Assembly: GCA_965205975.1 (NCBI GenBank)
Contig: OZ242195.1
Coordinates: forward strand, 4,160,001 to 4,224,000
DNA from: Candidatus Latescibacterota bacterium
GTDB lineage: Bacteria; Latescibacterota; UBA2968
Length of the DNA: 64,000 nt
Reading direction: 5' to 3'
The notes under the pieces were generated by a model. That model made no database searches. It was not told the origin of the DNA and worked only from the letters and a program-made list of their open reading frames with translations. Below, piece by piece: positions 22,447-30,248 of the stretch. How positions within the stretch are numbered: the stretch's first letter is position 1; every line of letters begins with the position of its first letter. A program made the position numbers and the translations under genes.

Positions 22447-23793
22447 ATGTCCGACAACGATACCATCGCGGCAATCGCTACAGCTCCGGGTGACGGTGCG
22501 ATTGGCATCATCAGACTCAGCGGACCAGATGCCATCTCAATTGGAGAACGTCTCTTCAGAGGCAAAAGCCCTCTCCGCAACCTTCCTTCTCGCCAACTAT
22601 CTTTTGGACATCTCTACATTCAGGGTCGGGATTTTGACAAAGTCCTGGTCTCGGTCATGCGTGCTCCCAATTCCTTTACCGGCGACGATACAGTTGAATT
22701 TAACTGCCATGGAGGTCCTTTTCTCCTCAGACGGGTTGTGGAAGCAGTATTTCAAGAGGGTGGTCGGCCGGCTGGTCCAGGAGAATTCACCAGGCGAGCT
22801 TTTCTCAACGGCAAGATAGATCTCTCGCAGGCAGAAGCAGTTTCTGATATGATCACCGCGAAATCTGACCTGAGCCTCCAATCTGCTTTTTTTCAACTCC
22901 GAGGTGGATTTCATCGCCGTTTCGTAAAAATGGCAGAATCTATTCGTCAGGCGGCCATGCTTCTCGAAGCTAATTTAGACTTTTCTGAGGATGTAGAGAT
23001 AGATGTCGAGATGATTAAGCCACCACTCTCTCGGGCTTTAAAGCATATTGAAGAGCTCATTCTTTCCTATGAACGCGGAAAAATTATTCGCGAAGGTGCC
23101 GTCGTCACCCTCGCAGGTCAACCCAATGTGGGAAAATCCAGTCTTCTCAACCGACTTCTCGAAGAAGATCGTGCGATTGTTACAGATATTCCCGGTACAA
23201 CGCGAGACACAATTGAAGAGCAAATCGATCTCAATGGAATTGCTGTTACACTGGTTGACACAGCTGGTATTCGCGATACCGACGACCCGGTGGAAAGAGA
23301 GGGTACGCGTCGGTCTCAACAATTCATAGACCGCGCAGCTATTGTTCTCTATATTGTAGATGGATCGCTTCCACCACATTCCCAGGATCTGGACAACATC
23401 AGTCGTTATGATCAGGCGTTTCTTGTTCTCAATAAGAGCGATCTGGGTATTTACACTGGGTGGCAAAGCGTTCAGCCTTGCCACCCCCAAATCATTCTCT
23501 CAGCCAAAACGGGCGATGGCATCCCCACTCTGCGTGCTCGCCTTCGTGAGACTCTCCTGGGAAAGAGCGACCTGCCTGACGAAATTGTCACCAAAGAACG
23601 GCATGTTCTCGCACTTCAGCAAGCTTCAACGGGACTCTCCCAGGCTCTTCAAAGCCTTGAATTCGGCAATCCGGGGGAAATTATTGCGCTGGACCTCCGC
23701 GTTGCTCTGGACGCGCTCGCCGCAATCATTGGAGAGACCACGCCCGATGATGTTCTTGATCGAATCTTCCAAACCTTTTGCATCGGAAAATAA
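22447..23793 (+). CDS. mnmE: tRNA modification GTPase MnmE
   Basis: DTIAAIAT, GEFTRRAFLNGKIDL, GQPNVGKS, PGTTRD, DTAG, FCIGK terminus. Confidence 0.97.
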   Translation: MSDNDTIAAIATAPGDGAIGIIRLSGPDAISIGERLFRGKSPLRNLPSRQLSFGHLYIQGRDFDKVLVSVMRAPNSFTGDDTVEFNCHGGPFLLRRVVEAVFQEGGRPAGPGEFTRRAFLNGKIDLSQAEAVSDMITAKSDLSLQSAFFQLRGGFHRRFVKMAESIRQAAMLLEANLDFSEDVEIDVEMIKPPLSRALKHIEELILSYERGKIIREGAVVTLAGQPNVGKSSLLNRLLEEDRAIVTDIPGTTRDTIEEQIDLNGIAVTLVDTAGIRDTDDPVEREGTRRSQQFIDRAAIVLYIVDGSLPPHSQDLDNISRYDQAFLVLNKSDLGIYTGWQSVQPCHPQIILSAKTGDGIPTLRARLRETLLGKSDLPDEIVTKERHVLALQQASTGLSQALQSLEFGNPGEIIALDLRVALDALAAIIGETTPDDVLDRIFQTFCIGK

Positions 23794-23794
23794 T

Positions 23795-23865
23795 GTTGAA
23801 CTGGTCTGGCCCTGTGTAGAACCCTCACGGGACCAGACCAGTTGTAAAACGTTCCACGTGAAACA
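23795..23865 (+). repeat. Hairpin+parS module, copy 1
   Basis: AACTGGTCTGG-CCTGTG/TAGAACCCT/CACGGG-CCAGACCAGTT hairpin (23799-23843) followed by parS; homologous to 24578-24646. Confidence 0.8.
23850..23865. promoter_or_regulatory. parS: parS centromere-like site
   Basis: CGTTCCACGTGAAACA versus consensus TGTTNCACGTGAAACA; origin-proximal. Confidence 0.88.
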
Positions 23866-23943
23866 TCGGTGAGACGTGAAACGCAAGAGGGGTTGAGCGG
23901 TCATCTCACCTGCTTCTTACCGCCTTTTCTAAAGGTATATCCA

Positions 23944-24582
23944 ATGCAACCCGCTAAAGCTATTGAGCTTGCGAAGAGGTCCTTTGCTCTCTCTTTTTCT
24001 TATGAACAGATCGCCAGGCTCCAGCAATATGTCGACTTGCTTACCGATTGGTCGGGTCGCGTTCGATTGATCTCCCGCAATGATCGCAATTTTATATGGG
24101 AACGTCATATTCTCGATTGTCTCTCGCTGGTACCGCACCTTCCAGGGGATGGACCTCTCCTGGATTTGGGGTCAGGTGCTGGTCTGCCGGGTATTGTGAT
24201 CAAGATTATGAGGTCCGACCTCGAAGTTTATCTCCTTGAACCCACCCGCATGAAAAACCTATTTCTCCAGGAAGCTATTACTGCGCTCGGCCTTCAAAAC
24301 GCTTTCGCTATCAGATATCGCGCTGAGCACCTTGTTGAAGATCCTTCATTCTCTGGTAAATTTCTGGTTGGTACAGCCCGTGCAGTTGCACGCCTGCCCC
24401 AGCTCTGGAATTGGGCAGAACCGTTTCTCGCCCCTCACGGTGTACTTATTTCAATGAAAGGCCCAGATTCTCTCTGCGAGTTCACAAACGGTGTTCCACA
24501 CCACATCTATGCTACTGAAACCTCTTTGACCTTACCCTTTACACGACGCAGACGGTCTTTTGTCTTTCTTAAAAGACGTTGA
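23944..24582 (+). CDS. rsmG: 16S rRNA m7G527 methyltransferase RsmG (GidB)
   Basis: HILDCL, LDLGSGAGLPG, ARAVA, MKG; follows mnmE. Confidence 0.92.
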   Translation: MQPAKAIELAKRSFALSFSYEQIARLQQYVDLLTDWSGRVRLISRNDRNFIWERHILDCLSLVPHLPGDGPLLDLGSGAGLPGIVIKIMRSDLEVYLLEPTRMKNLFLQEAITALGLQNAFAIRYRAEHLVEDPSFSGKFLVGTARAVARLPQLWNWAEPFLAPHGVLISMKGPDSLCEFTNGVPHHIYATETSLTLPFTRRRRSFVFLKRR

Positions 24583-24646
24583 ACTGGTTCCGTGTAGAAC
24601 CATCACGGGATGACACGACCAGCTATACCCCGTTTCACGTGAAACG
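24578..24646 (+). repeat. Hairpin+parS module, copy 2
   Basis: GTTGAACTGGT..CCGTG/TAGAACCAT/CACGG..GACCAG followed by parS. Confidence 0.8.
24631..24646. promoter_or_regulatory. parS: parS site inside a perfect 28-bp palindrome (24625-24652)
   Basis: ATACCCCGTTTCAC-GTGAAACGGGGTAT. Confidence 0.9.
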
Positions 24647-24648
24647 GG

Positions 24649-24713
24649 GTATGAAGGCGAGTAATGAACTGCTGATAAACCATCGCAGTTATACACCGCT
24701 CCGAGCATGACTG
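24649..24713 (+). repeat. 65-bp structured direct repeat, copy 1
   Basis: 60/65 identical to 28081-28145. Confidence 0.9.
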
Positions 24714-24797
24714 GTCGCTGTCCAGACCACAGTTCAACATGAGTTAGTAAATGGGGTATTAAATTAACGTATTATTATATCAAATAACATAGAGAGA

Positions 24798-24833
24798 AAG
24801 CCCGTTTCCCAACGCGAGAAACGGGCTTCTTTT
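24798..24833. terminator. Terminator hairpin between rsmG and the XRE gene
   Basis: AAGCCCGTTT...AAACGGGCTT followed by CTTTT; convergent genes. Confidence 0.7.
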
Positions 24834-24875
24834 GAGTTTAATGGATTTTGGGCAGTTACACGCTTTTAATCCAGA

Positions 24876-25379
24876 TCAGGTTATGCCAGCAAAAGCTTTT
24901 GCTGTACTGAGCAATGTTTGCCATTGTTGGGCGGGGATCTGAGTGATGATCTTAATGAGTTCGGGAATATCCCGGTCTGTGGTAGAAGCACTCGCGTTCA
25001 GGGCTTCGCACCACTGCTTGTTCTTGAGTACCTTGCGAATATCGGGGCTTTGAAGTGCTTTGACAATGCTTGCATTGAGCATTTTGGGGTTGGTAATAAT
25101 CTGGCTGATGACGGGGTCTGTTATCAGCTTTTCCATCTGGGTAAAAAGTTTGCGGCCTTCGGGTGTTTTCTGTGCGCGTTCTTTGTAAGCTAAAAAAAGA
25201 AGCCTTTGAGGGTCGAGATCGAGTGTTTTTGCAAGATTCGTACACACGTCGTCGGATGGTATGCGTTCGCCTTTTTCTATTTGATAAATATAAGTGCCCC
25301 ACACCCCAATACTTTCCCCCAAAGCCTGCTGGCTAAATCTTCCATTTCGAGCTTGTTTTATTATTTCACCAAACCTCAT
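24876..25379 (-). CDS. XRE-family helix-turn-helix regulator
   Basis: FGEIIKQAR..SQQALGESIGV..YIYQIEKGERIPS; GGGAGG RBS. Confidence 0.85.
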   Translation of the reverse strand: MRFGEIIKQARNGRFSQQALGESIGVWGTYIYQIEKGERIPSDDVCTNLAKTLDLDPQRLLFLAYKERAQKTPEGRKLFTQMEKLITDPVISQIITNPKMLNASIVKALQSPDIRKVLKNKQWCEALNASASTTDRDIPELIKIITQIPAQQWQTLLSTAKAFAGIT

Positions 25380-25498
25380 ACACCCCTCCCAAAAGATCGG
25401 TCGCGTTTAAAAATCTGATAACATAATATGAATTGAAAAGAGCTGCGTGGCAAGCTAAATCCTTAAGAAACAGACAGGTTAAATGAAAATATTTACTC

Positions 25499-25527
25499 TT
25501 GACAACACAAACTTGACAGTGTATATT
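25499..25527 (+). promoter_or_regulatory. Putative sigma70 promoter divergent from the XRE gene
   Basis: TTGACA-N17-TATATT, same form as the rpmH promoter. Confidence 0.6.
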
Positions 25528-25827
25528 TGGGTAGTTGCATTCTGGCACTCCCCATACAGAAAGCAACACATACACACTTGTTTGTGTGTATGTAGGGCTT
25601 AAAGCCCTGGAAAATAAAGAGAAACGCAATTCAGTTAAATTCTATTTCCCCTGAATTTAAGTCTCTCTTTATTTGGGTGGGGAGGGTAAACCGATCTTGC
25701 TCTGATTCCCCTTTCTCCCCAGATCGTCAGGCTTATCCTCCCCATTTCCCCTTTTTCTCCCCTTTTTTTCTACATTCAAGTACGGGTATTCTTTCGTACT
25801 CCATCTGTCTTTTTCAGGAAATCGCCC

Positions 25828-26178
25828 ATGGCCCTTGATGCTGGCGAACTCGATCTCATTCGAGAAACCGTTCACAATGCCATTGAGTCTTCGCAAGAAA
25901 ACTTTGCTCAAATGGTCGCCAGGCAGTTTGTAGAAGTTCGATCTGATATCCAAAATGTGCAGGATGCAATTCGCAAAATAAGCACACGTCAGGCTCAGGT
26001 CGAGGCCGATATATCAGAAGTCGGTCACATCTGCGAACAGCTAAAGCGCAGGCTTTCGATCATACACGATGGCATGGGTACTGCTGATCGGCTGTTGCAC
26101 GAGCGTGAAGTTTCACTCAGATTGGATCATCTCGAACGCGAGTTGGCAGAATTGCGGAGCCGTTTGCCCTCTGTTTGA
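25828..26178 (+). CDS. Hypothetical coiled-coil protein
   Basis: 116-aa ORF with heptad-like L/I/V spacing; AGGA RBS. Confidence 0.65.
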   Translation: MALDAGELDLIRETVHNAIESSQENFAQMVARQFVEVRSDIQNVQDAIRKISTRQAQVEADISEVGHICEQLKRRLSIIHDGMGTADRLLHEREVSLRLDHLERELAELRSRLPSV

Positions 26179-26222
26179 TTTCCTCCCCCAAACATCCAGG
26201 TCCCCTATAACTTTGGGATAGC

Positions 26223-27083
26223 TCAATCTGAAACAACCGGATTTTCGAGTCGTCCCAGTCCGTCAATTTCACATATTACACGGTCGCCGTGTTTGAGCCA
26301 GAGTTGTGGCTCACGCCCCATACCCACACCGTGTGGTGTGCCGGTAAAAATCAAATCTCCGGGGGCAAGTGTGAATACATGTGTGAGATAAGCAATGAGT
26401 TTGGGTACATCGAAGATCAGTTGAGATGTATTGGAATCCTGTACTGTTTTGCCATTGAGAATACAGCGAATGCCCAGGTTGTGAGGATCGGGTACATCGT
26501 CTGTTGTGACCAGGTCAGGTCCTATTGGAGCAAATGTGTCAAAGGTTTTGCCCATCATCCATTGTGCACTTGGTTTTTCAAGCTGGTAATCACGAGCACT
26601 CACGTCGTGTCCAACCATGTAACCTGCAACATGGTTGAGGGCATCTTCTTCAGAGATGTTGCGACCGCTTTTGCCAATAACGACGACAAGCTCGACTTCG
26701 TAGTCAACCTGGGAACTCGCGCTGGGAGCTACGATATTCTCATCGGGACCAATGATGGATGATGCGTATTTGGAAAAGACAATGGGTTCGTCGGGAATGG
26801 GCATACTGCTCTCGGCGGCATGGTCGGCGTAGTTGAGACCTATGCAAATAATTTTTTCTGGATTGTCGATGGGCGCATGAATGGTGACATCGGTTGCAGA
26901 AATAGCATGCGTCCCACTATCAATTATTGCCCTGGCTCTGGAAATGGCATTATCGCCCGCTTCGAGAAATTCTTTCATGGTGGAAGGTATTGACGGGTCG
27001 GCAGCACTGAGGTCAATGATTGAATCGCCTGATCGGGCACCGAGCCGACGTTGTCCCTGATGCGTAAATGTAACGAGTCGCAT
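26223..27083 (-). CDS. Fumarylacetoacetate hydrolase family protein
   Basis: KIICIGLNYADH, DYEVEL, DVSARD, GKTFDTF, TGTPHGVG. Confidence 0.93.
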   Translation of the reverse strand: MRLVTFTHQGQRRLGARSGDSIIDLSAADPSIPSTMKEFLEAGDNAISRARAIIDSGTHAISATDVTIHAPIDNPEKIICIGLNYADHAAESSMPIPDEPIVFSKYASSIIGPDENIVAPSASSQVDYEVELVVVIGKSGRNISEEDALNHVAGYMVGHDVSARDYQLEKPSAQWMMGKTFDTFAPIGPDLVTTDDVPDPHNLGIRCILNGKTVQDSNTSQLIFDVPKLIAYLTHVFTLAPGDLIFTGTPHGVGMGREPQLWLKHGDRVICEIDGLGRLENPVVSD

Positions 27084-27364
27084 AATGATGTTGTCCTTGG
27101 GAATGTGGGGGTTTATATTGTTCTGCGCGGCGGCATTTCAGCCCCGCGATAGGTGCAATGGGTGACCGACGTTGTGTTGCGTCTGTATCACCACAGCGGG
27201 AACAATAAAGCGTGGAGAAGAACCACTGTCAAGGAAGATTTGGAGGTGTTTTTTTTTCGCTTAAAATGTGCAAACGGGTTGTTGTCTATGATGAGCGTCT
27301 GGGCTTATATTTAGAAACAGTACCATATATCAGGCGGTGTTGTTTTGGTTAAGGAGGACTGTAT

Positions 27365-28048
27365 ATGAAACGATTTGTTTTTTTGGGGCTATGCCTTTCG
27401 GTAGTGGCCTGTGGAGGTAGTGGAATGGAAGATTTAAAACAAGCCAATGAGAAGTTGAACAATGAGAATCGGTCGTTAAAAAGCTCTTTGAACAAGGCGC
27501 AAAACCAGATTAAGCGGGCTGGCGAGGTCGGAGGCCGAATGCTATTTCTGGTAAAACAGATTCGGGATGTGCGAGCGCGTATCGCGACGAATATGGGGGA
27601 TATTGAATTGAAGTTCTATCCCGAAAAGGCACCTGTTCATTGTTTTGCCTTTATCGCGCGGGCAGAAAGTGGATTTTATAACAATACCAAGTTTCATCGC
27701 GTAATTAAAAATTTTATGATTCAGGGCGGCGATCCAAATTCAAAGGATGATGATTCATCTGATGATGGAACGGGGGGACCCCTCGTACATATCCCTCACG
27801 AATTTAATGATACAAAACATGTACCGGGTATTCTTTCTATGGCACGCATTTCAGATGTGTCGGCGGGTGCTGGCTCACAATTTTTTATTATGCATGGGTC
27901 TTCGCCCAATTTGGACAATCAATATACTGCTTTTGGAGAAGTGACAAAGGGAATGGATGTGGTTAACAGTATTGCAATGGTCGAAACCGCACCAGGGGAT
28001 CGACCTCTAAAACCCGTGGTGATCAAGCGCATAGATGTGTTTCGATAG
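27365..28048 (+). CDS. Cyclophilin-type peptidylprolyl isomerase, probable lipoprotein with coiled-coil stalk
   Basis: Lipobox-like VVAC; FHRVIKNFMIQGGD, LSMAR, GSQFFI; AGGAGG RBS. Confidence 0.92.
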   Translation: MKRFVFLGLCLSVVACGGSGMEDLKQANEKLNNENRSLKSSLNKAQNQIKRAGEVGGRMLFLVKQIRDVRARIATNMGDIELKFYPEKAPVHCFAFIARAESGFYNNTKFHRVIKNFMIQGGDPNSKDDDSSDDGTGGPLVHIPHEFNDTKHVPGILSMARISDVSAGAGSQFFIMHGSSPNLDNQYTAFGEVTKGMDVVNSIAMVETAPGDRPLKPVVIKRIDVFR

Positions 28049-28080
28049 ATAGGTGTGAAGAGATGAGATGGGCAAGCGGT

Positions 28081-28145
28081 GTATGAAGGCAAGTAATGAG
28101 CTGCTGATGAACCGTCGCAGTTGTACACCGCTCCGAGCATGACTG
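28081..28145 (+). repeat. 65-bp structured direct repeat, copy 2
   Basis: 60/65 identical to 24649-24713. Confidence 0.9.
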
Positions 28146-28183
28146 CGGCAGCAAGTTCATCAAAGGAGATGTGTCGCATCGAA

Positions 28184-28288
28184 TGTGGAAAAGTGGATAA
28201 TCTTATCAACAATTTAAGTAGTTGATTTTATTTAATAACGGAATAAATTGATATGGAGAGGTGAAAGTTATTCACATACTTTTCCACA
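28184..28288. promoter_or_regulatory. Second DnaA-box cluster
   Basis: TGTGGAAAA 28184, AGTGGATAA 28192, TTATCAACA 28203, TTATTCACA 28268, TTTTCCACA 28280 (each 8/9 to TTATCCACA or its reverse complement) around an AT-rich spacer. Confidence 0.7.
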
Positions 28289-28454
28289 ATTCCTCTCAGA
28301 TTTCTCAACGCTGAAATGCAGGCATTTTGGGTTGTTTTTTGGCCTGTGCGGAAGGGATATTTCGCTTGCTACACCTACAGAATTGGCCTATATTTGGATT
28401 TGTTCTAACAGTAGAAAATTCAAATAAAAACTTCACTCTCCGTGGGTTTTAACA

Positions 28455-29054
28455 GTGATTGAAAAAGTTAAAGATGATGTTGCCGAGATTTTGGCACCTT
28501 CTACGGAATATCTCGTCGAAAAACGCTTTACTCCCGATTTGTTGACGATGATCGGGTTTGTTTTCAATATAGGCGCCGCAGTGCTCTTTGGCTTTGGATT
28601 GTATATGTGGGCCGGGTTGACGGTGCTTGTTGCGGGTATTTTTGATTTTCTCGACGGGCAGGTGGCGCGCAAGGGTAAAACAGAATCCAAATTTGGTGCG
28701 CTTCTCGATTCTACTGTTGATCGATATTCCGAAATTTTTATCTGGTTTGGTATCGCGATCAGTTTTATACGAGCTGATGATCTCTGGACAAGCTCGGCGG
28801 TCTTTTTTGCACTGGCAGGATCTCTGATGGTGAGTTATGTGCGCGCGCGCATTGAGGGTCTTGGGGCGGAGTGCAAAGTTGGGTTTATGCAGCGCCCCGA
28901 GCGCATTATTGCCATTGGTGCTGGCGGGGTGTTGGCGATCGTACCTTTGATTGGGGATATTGGTTTGATCGTTGTGGTCTGGGCAATTGCTCTGTTGGGA
29001 AATTTTACTGCGATGGAGCGGGTAATTCACTTTCGAAAACTGACAAAATCATAA
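28455..29054 (+). CDS. CDP-alcohol phosphatidyltransferase (PgsA/PI-synthase-like)
   Basis: DFLDGQVAR..SKFGALLDSTVDR signature; SYVRARIE..RPER. Confidence 0.92.
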   Translation: MIEKVKDDVAEILAPSTEYLVEKRFTPDLLTMIGFVFNIGAAVLFGFGLYMWAGLTVLVAGIFDFLDGQVARKGKTESKFGALLDSTVDRYSEIFIWFGIAISFIRADDLWTSSAVFFALAGSLMVSYVRARIEGLGAECKVGFMQRPERIIAIGAGGVLAIVPLIGDIGLIVVVWAIALLGNFTAMERVIHFRKLTKS

Positions 29055-29082
29055 GGCCTGGTTGTCGAATACAGGATGACAA

Positions 29083-29112
29083 AACCCGGGGGTACCGCCG
29101 GGTTCTTTTTTT
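29083..29112 (+). terminator. Terminator-like hairpin between the phosphatidyltransferase gene and tmk
   Basis: AACCCGG...CCGGGTT followed by a T-run. Confidence 0.55.
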
Positions 29113-29136
29113 CCTTACAGAAAAACGTGGGAACAA

Positions 29137-30207
29137 ATGTCCGGTATTTTCATATCATTTGAAGGTATTGATCAAAGCGGGAAAAGCACCCAGGCCAAGT
29201 TGCTATTTGATCATTTGCAGGAGCGTGGGTACGAGGTTGTATTTACTTATGAGCCGGGCGATACAGAACTCGGTCAAGAAATTCGGCGTCTCGTACTCGA
29301 AAGGAAATCGCAAGGCGAGATTGATGCAACCGCCGAAATGTTCTTATTTTCAGCGGATCGCGTACAGCATGTTAACGAATTGATTCGGCCATCGCTGGAT
29401 GCGGGCAAAGTGGTAATTTCAGATCGTTACGTCGATTCTACATTGGCCTATCAGGGCTATGGTCGCGGGTTGAATCTCGATGACCTGAGAATGGTTCAAA
29501 ACGTGGCCACGGGTGGTTTAAAACCAGATATTACAATCTGGATAGATGTTGATTTGCAGACGGTTCAAAAACGGGAATTGCCACTTTTTTCAGACCGCAT
29601 TGAATCAGAAGATAGAGGAGGAGAGAAAACATTTTTTCAAAGGGTTCGGCAGGGTTTTAAAGAAGCGTGTCAATCTGAACCCAACCGCATTTTCAGGGTG
29701 GATGGAACGCGGTCCATCAGTGCTGTGTTTAAGGATGTTAAAAAGGTAGTTGTTAATCAGATCTCGGTCAGGGATTTATATAAGATTAACTTGAAAGATT
29801 GGGTATTTAGTACCATTGAGAAGGTAGAAAAAGGGACTGCTTGGAACTATGCGTGGCAAGAGACATATTTCGAGTTGGGAGGCAAGAGCAAAGAAAGCGG
29901 ACGTAAATTCTCACCTATGAACGGCACAGAGATCCTGTATCGACTGGGAAGAATAAAAGGCAGTAGAAAGCCTTTTCGAAATCCAGAATTGAAAGAGATA
30001 TGGAACGGTTCAACGAATGGAGCCTATGCAATTCTGGCGTTGGAATACATTTTAGAAAAGCCCGATATTTCTCGGTCCGAGTTGTGGACCAGAATACAAG
30101 AGCGTATTCGTTCTGAATTGGGTGAGGAACCCGCAAGGTTCAATCAAGGTGCTCCCACAGTTGCATATAAGCTGTGGCATCTCGGACTGATCATGCACGA
30201 CAAATGA
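29137..30207 (+). CDS. tmk: Thymidylate kinase with a ~140-aa C-terminal extra domain
   Basis: FEGIDQSGKST, EPG, ADRVQHV, SDRYVDSTLAYQGYGRG; the kinase core ends near residue 210. Confidence 0.9.
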   Translation: MSGIFISFEGIDQSGKSTQAKLLFDHLQERGYEVVFTYEPGDTELGQEIRRLVLERKSQGEIDATAEMFLFSADRVQHVNELIRPSLDAGKVVISDRYVDSTLAYQGYGRGLNLDDLRMVQNVATGGLKPDITIWIDVDLQTVQKRELPLFSDRIESEDRGGEKTFFQRVRQGFKEACQSEPNRIFRVDGTRSISAVFKDVKKVVVNQISVRDLYKINLKDWVFSTIEKVEKGTAWNYAWQETYFELGGKSKESGRKFSPMNGTEILYRLGRIKGSRKPFRNPELKEIWNGSTNGAYAILALEYILEKPDISRSELWTRIQERIRSELGEEPARFNQGAPTVAYKLWHLGLIMHDK

Positions 30208-30248
30208 GTTTGCTGTAAGAACCCGTTACCACAAACTGGAGGCGCCCC

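Noticed and set aside
23867..23883. Third parS-like site (GGTGAGACGTGAAACG)
   Set aside because: Only the right half matches the consensus.
28104..28110. CTGATGA hammerhead-ribozyme core in the 65-bp repeat
   Set aside because: The other copy has CTGATAA and no GAAA/stem II-III arrangement follows.
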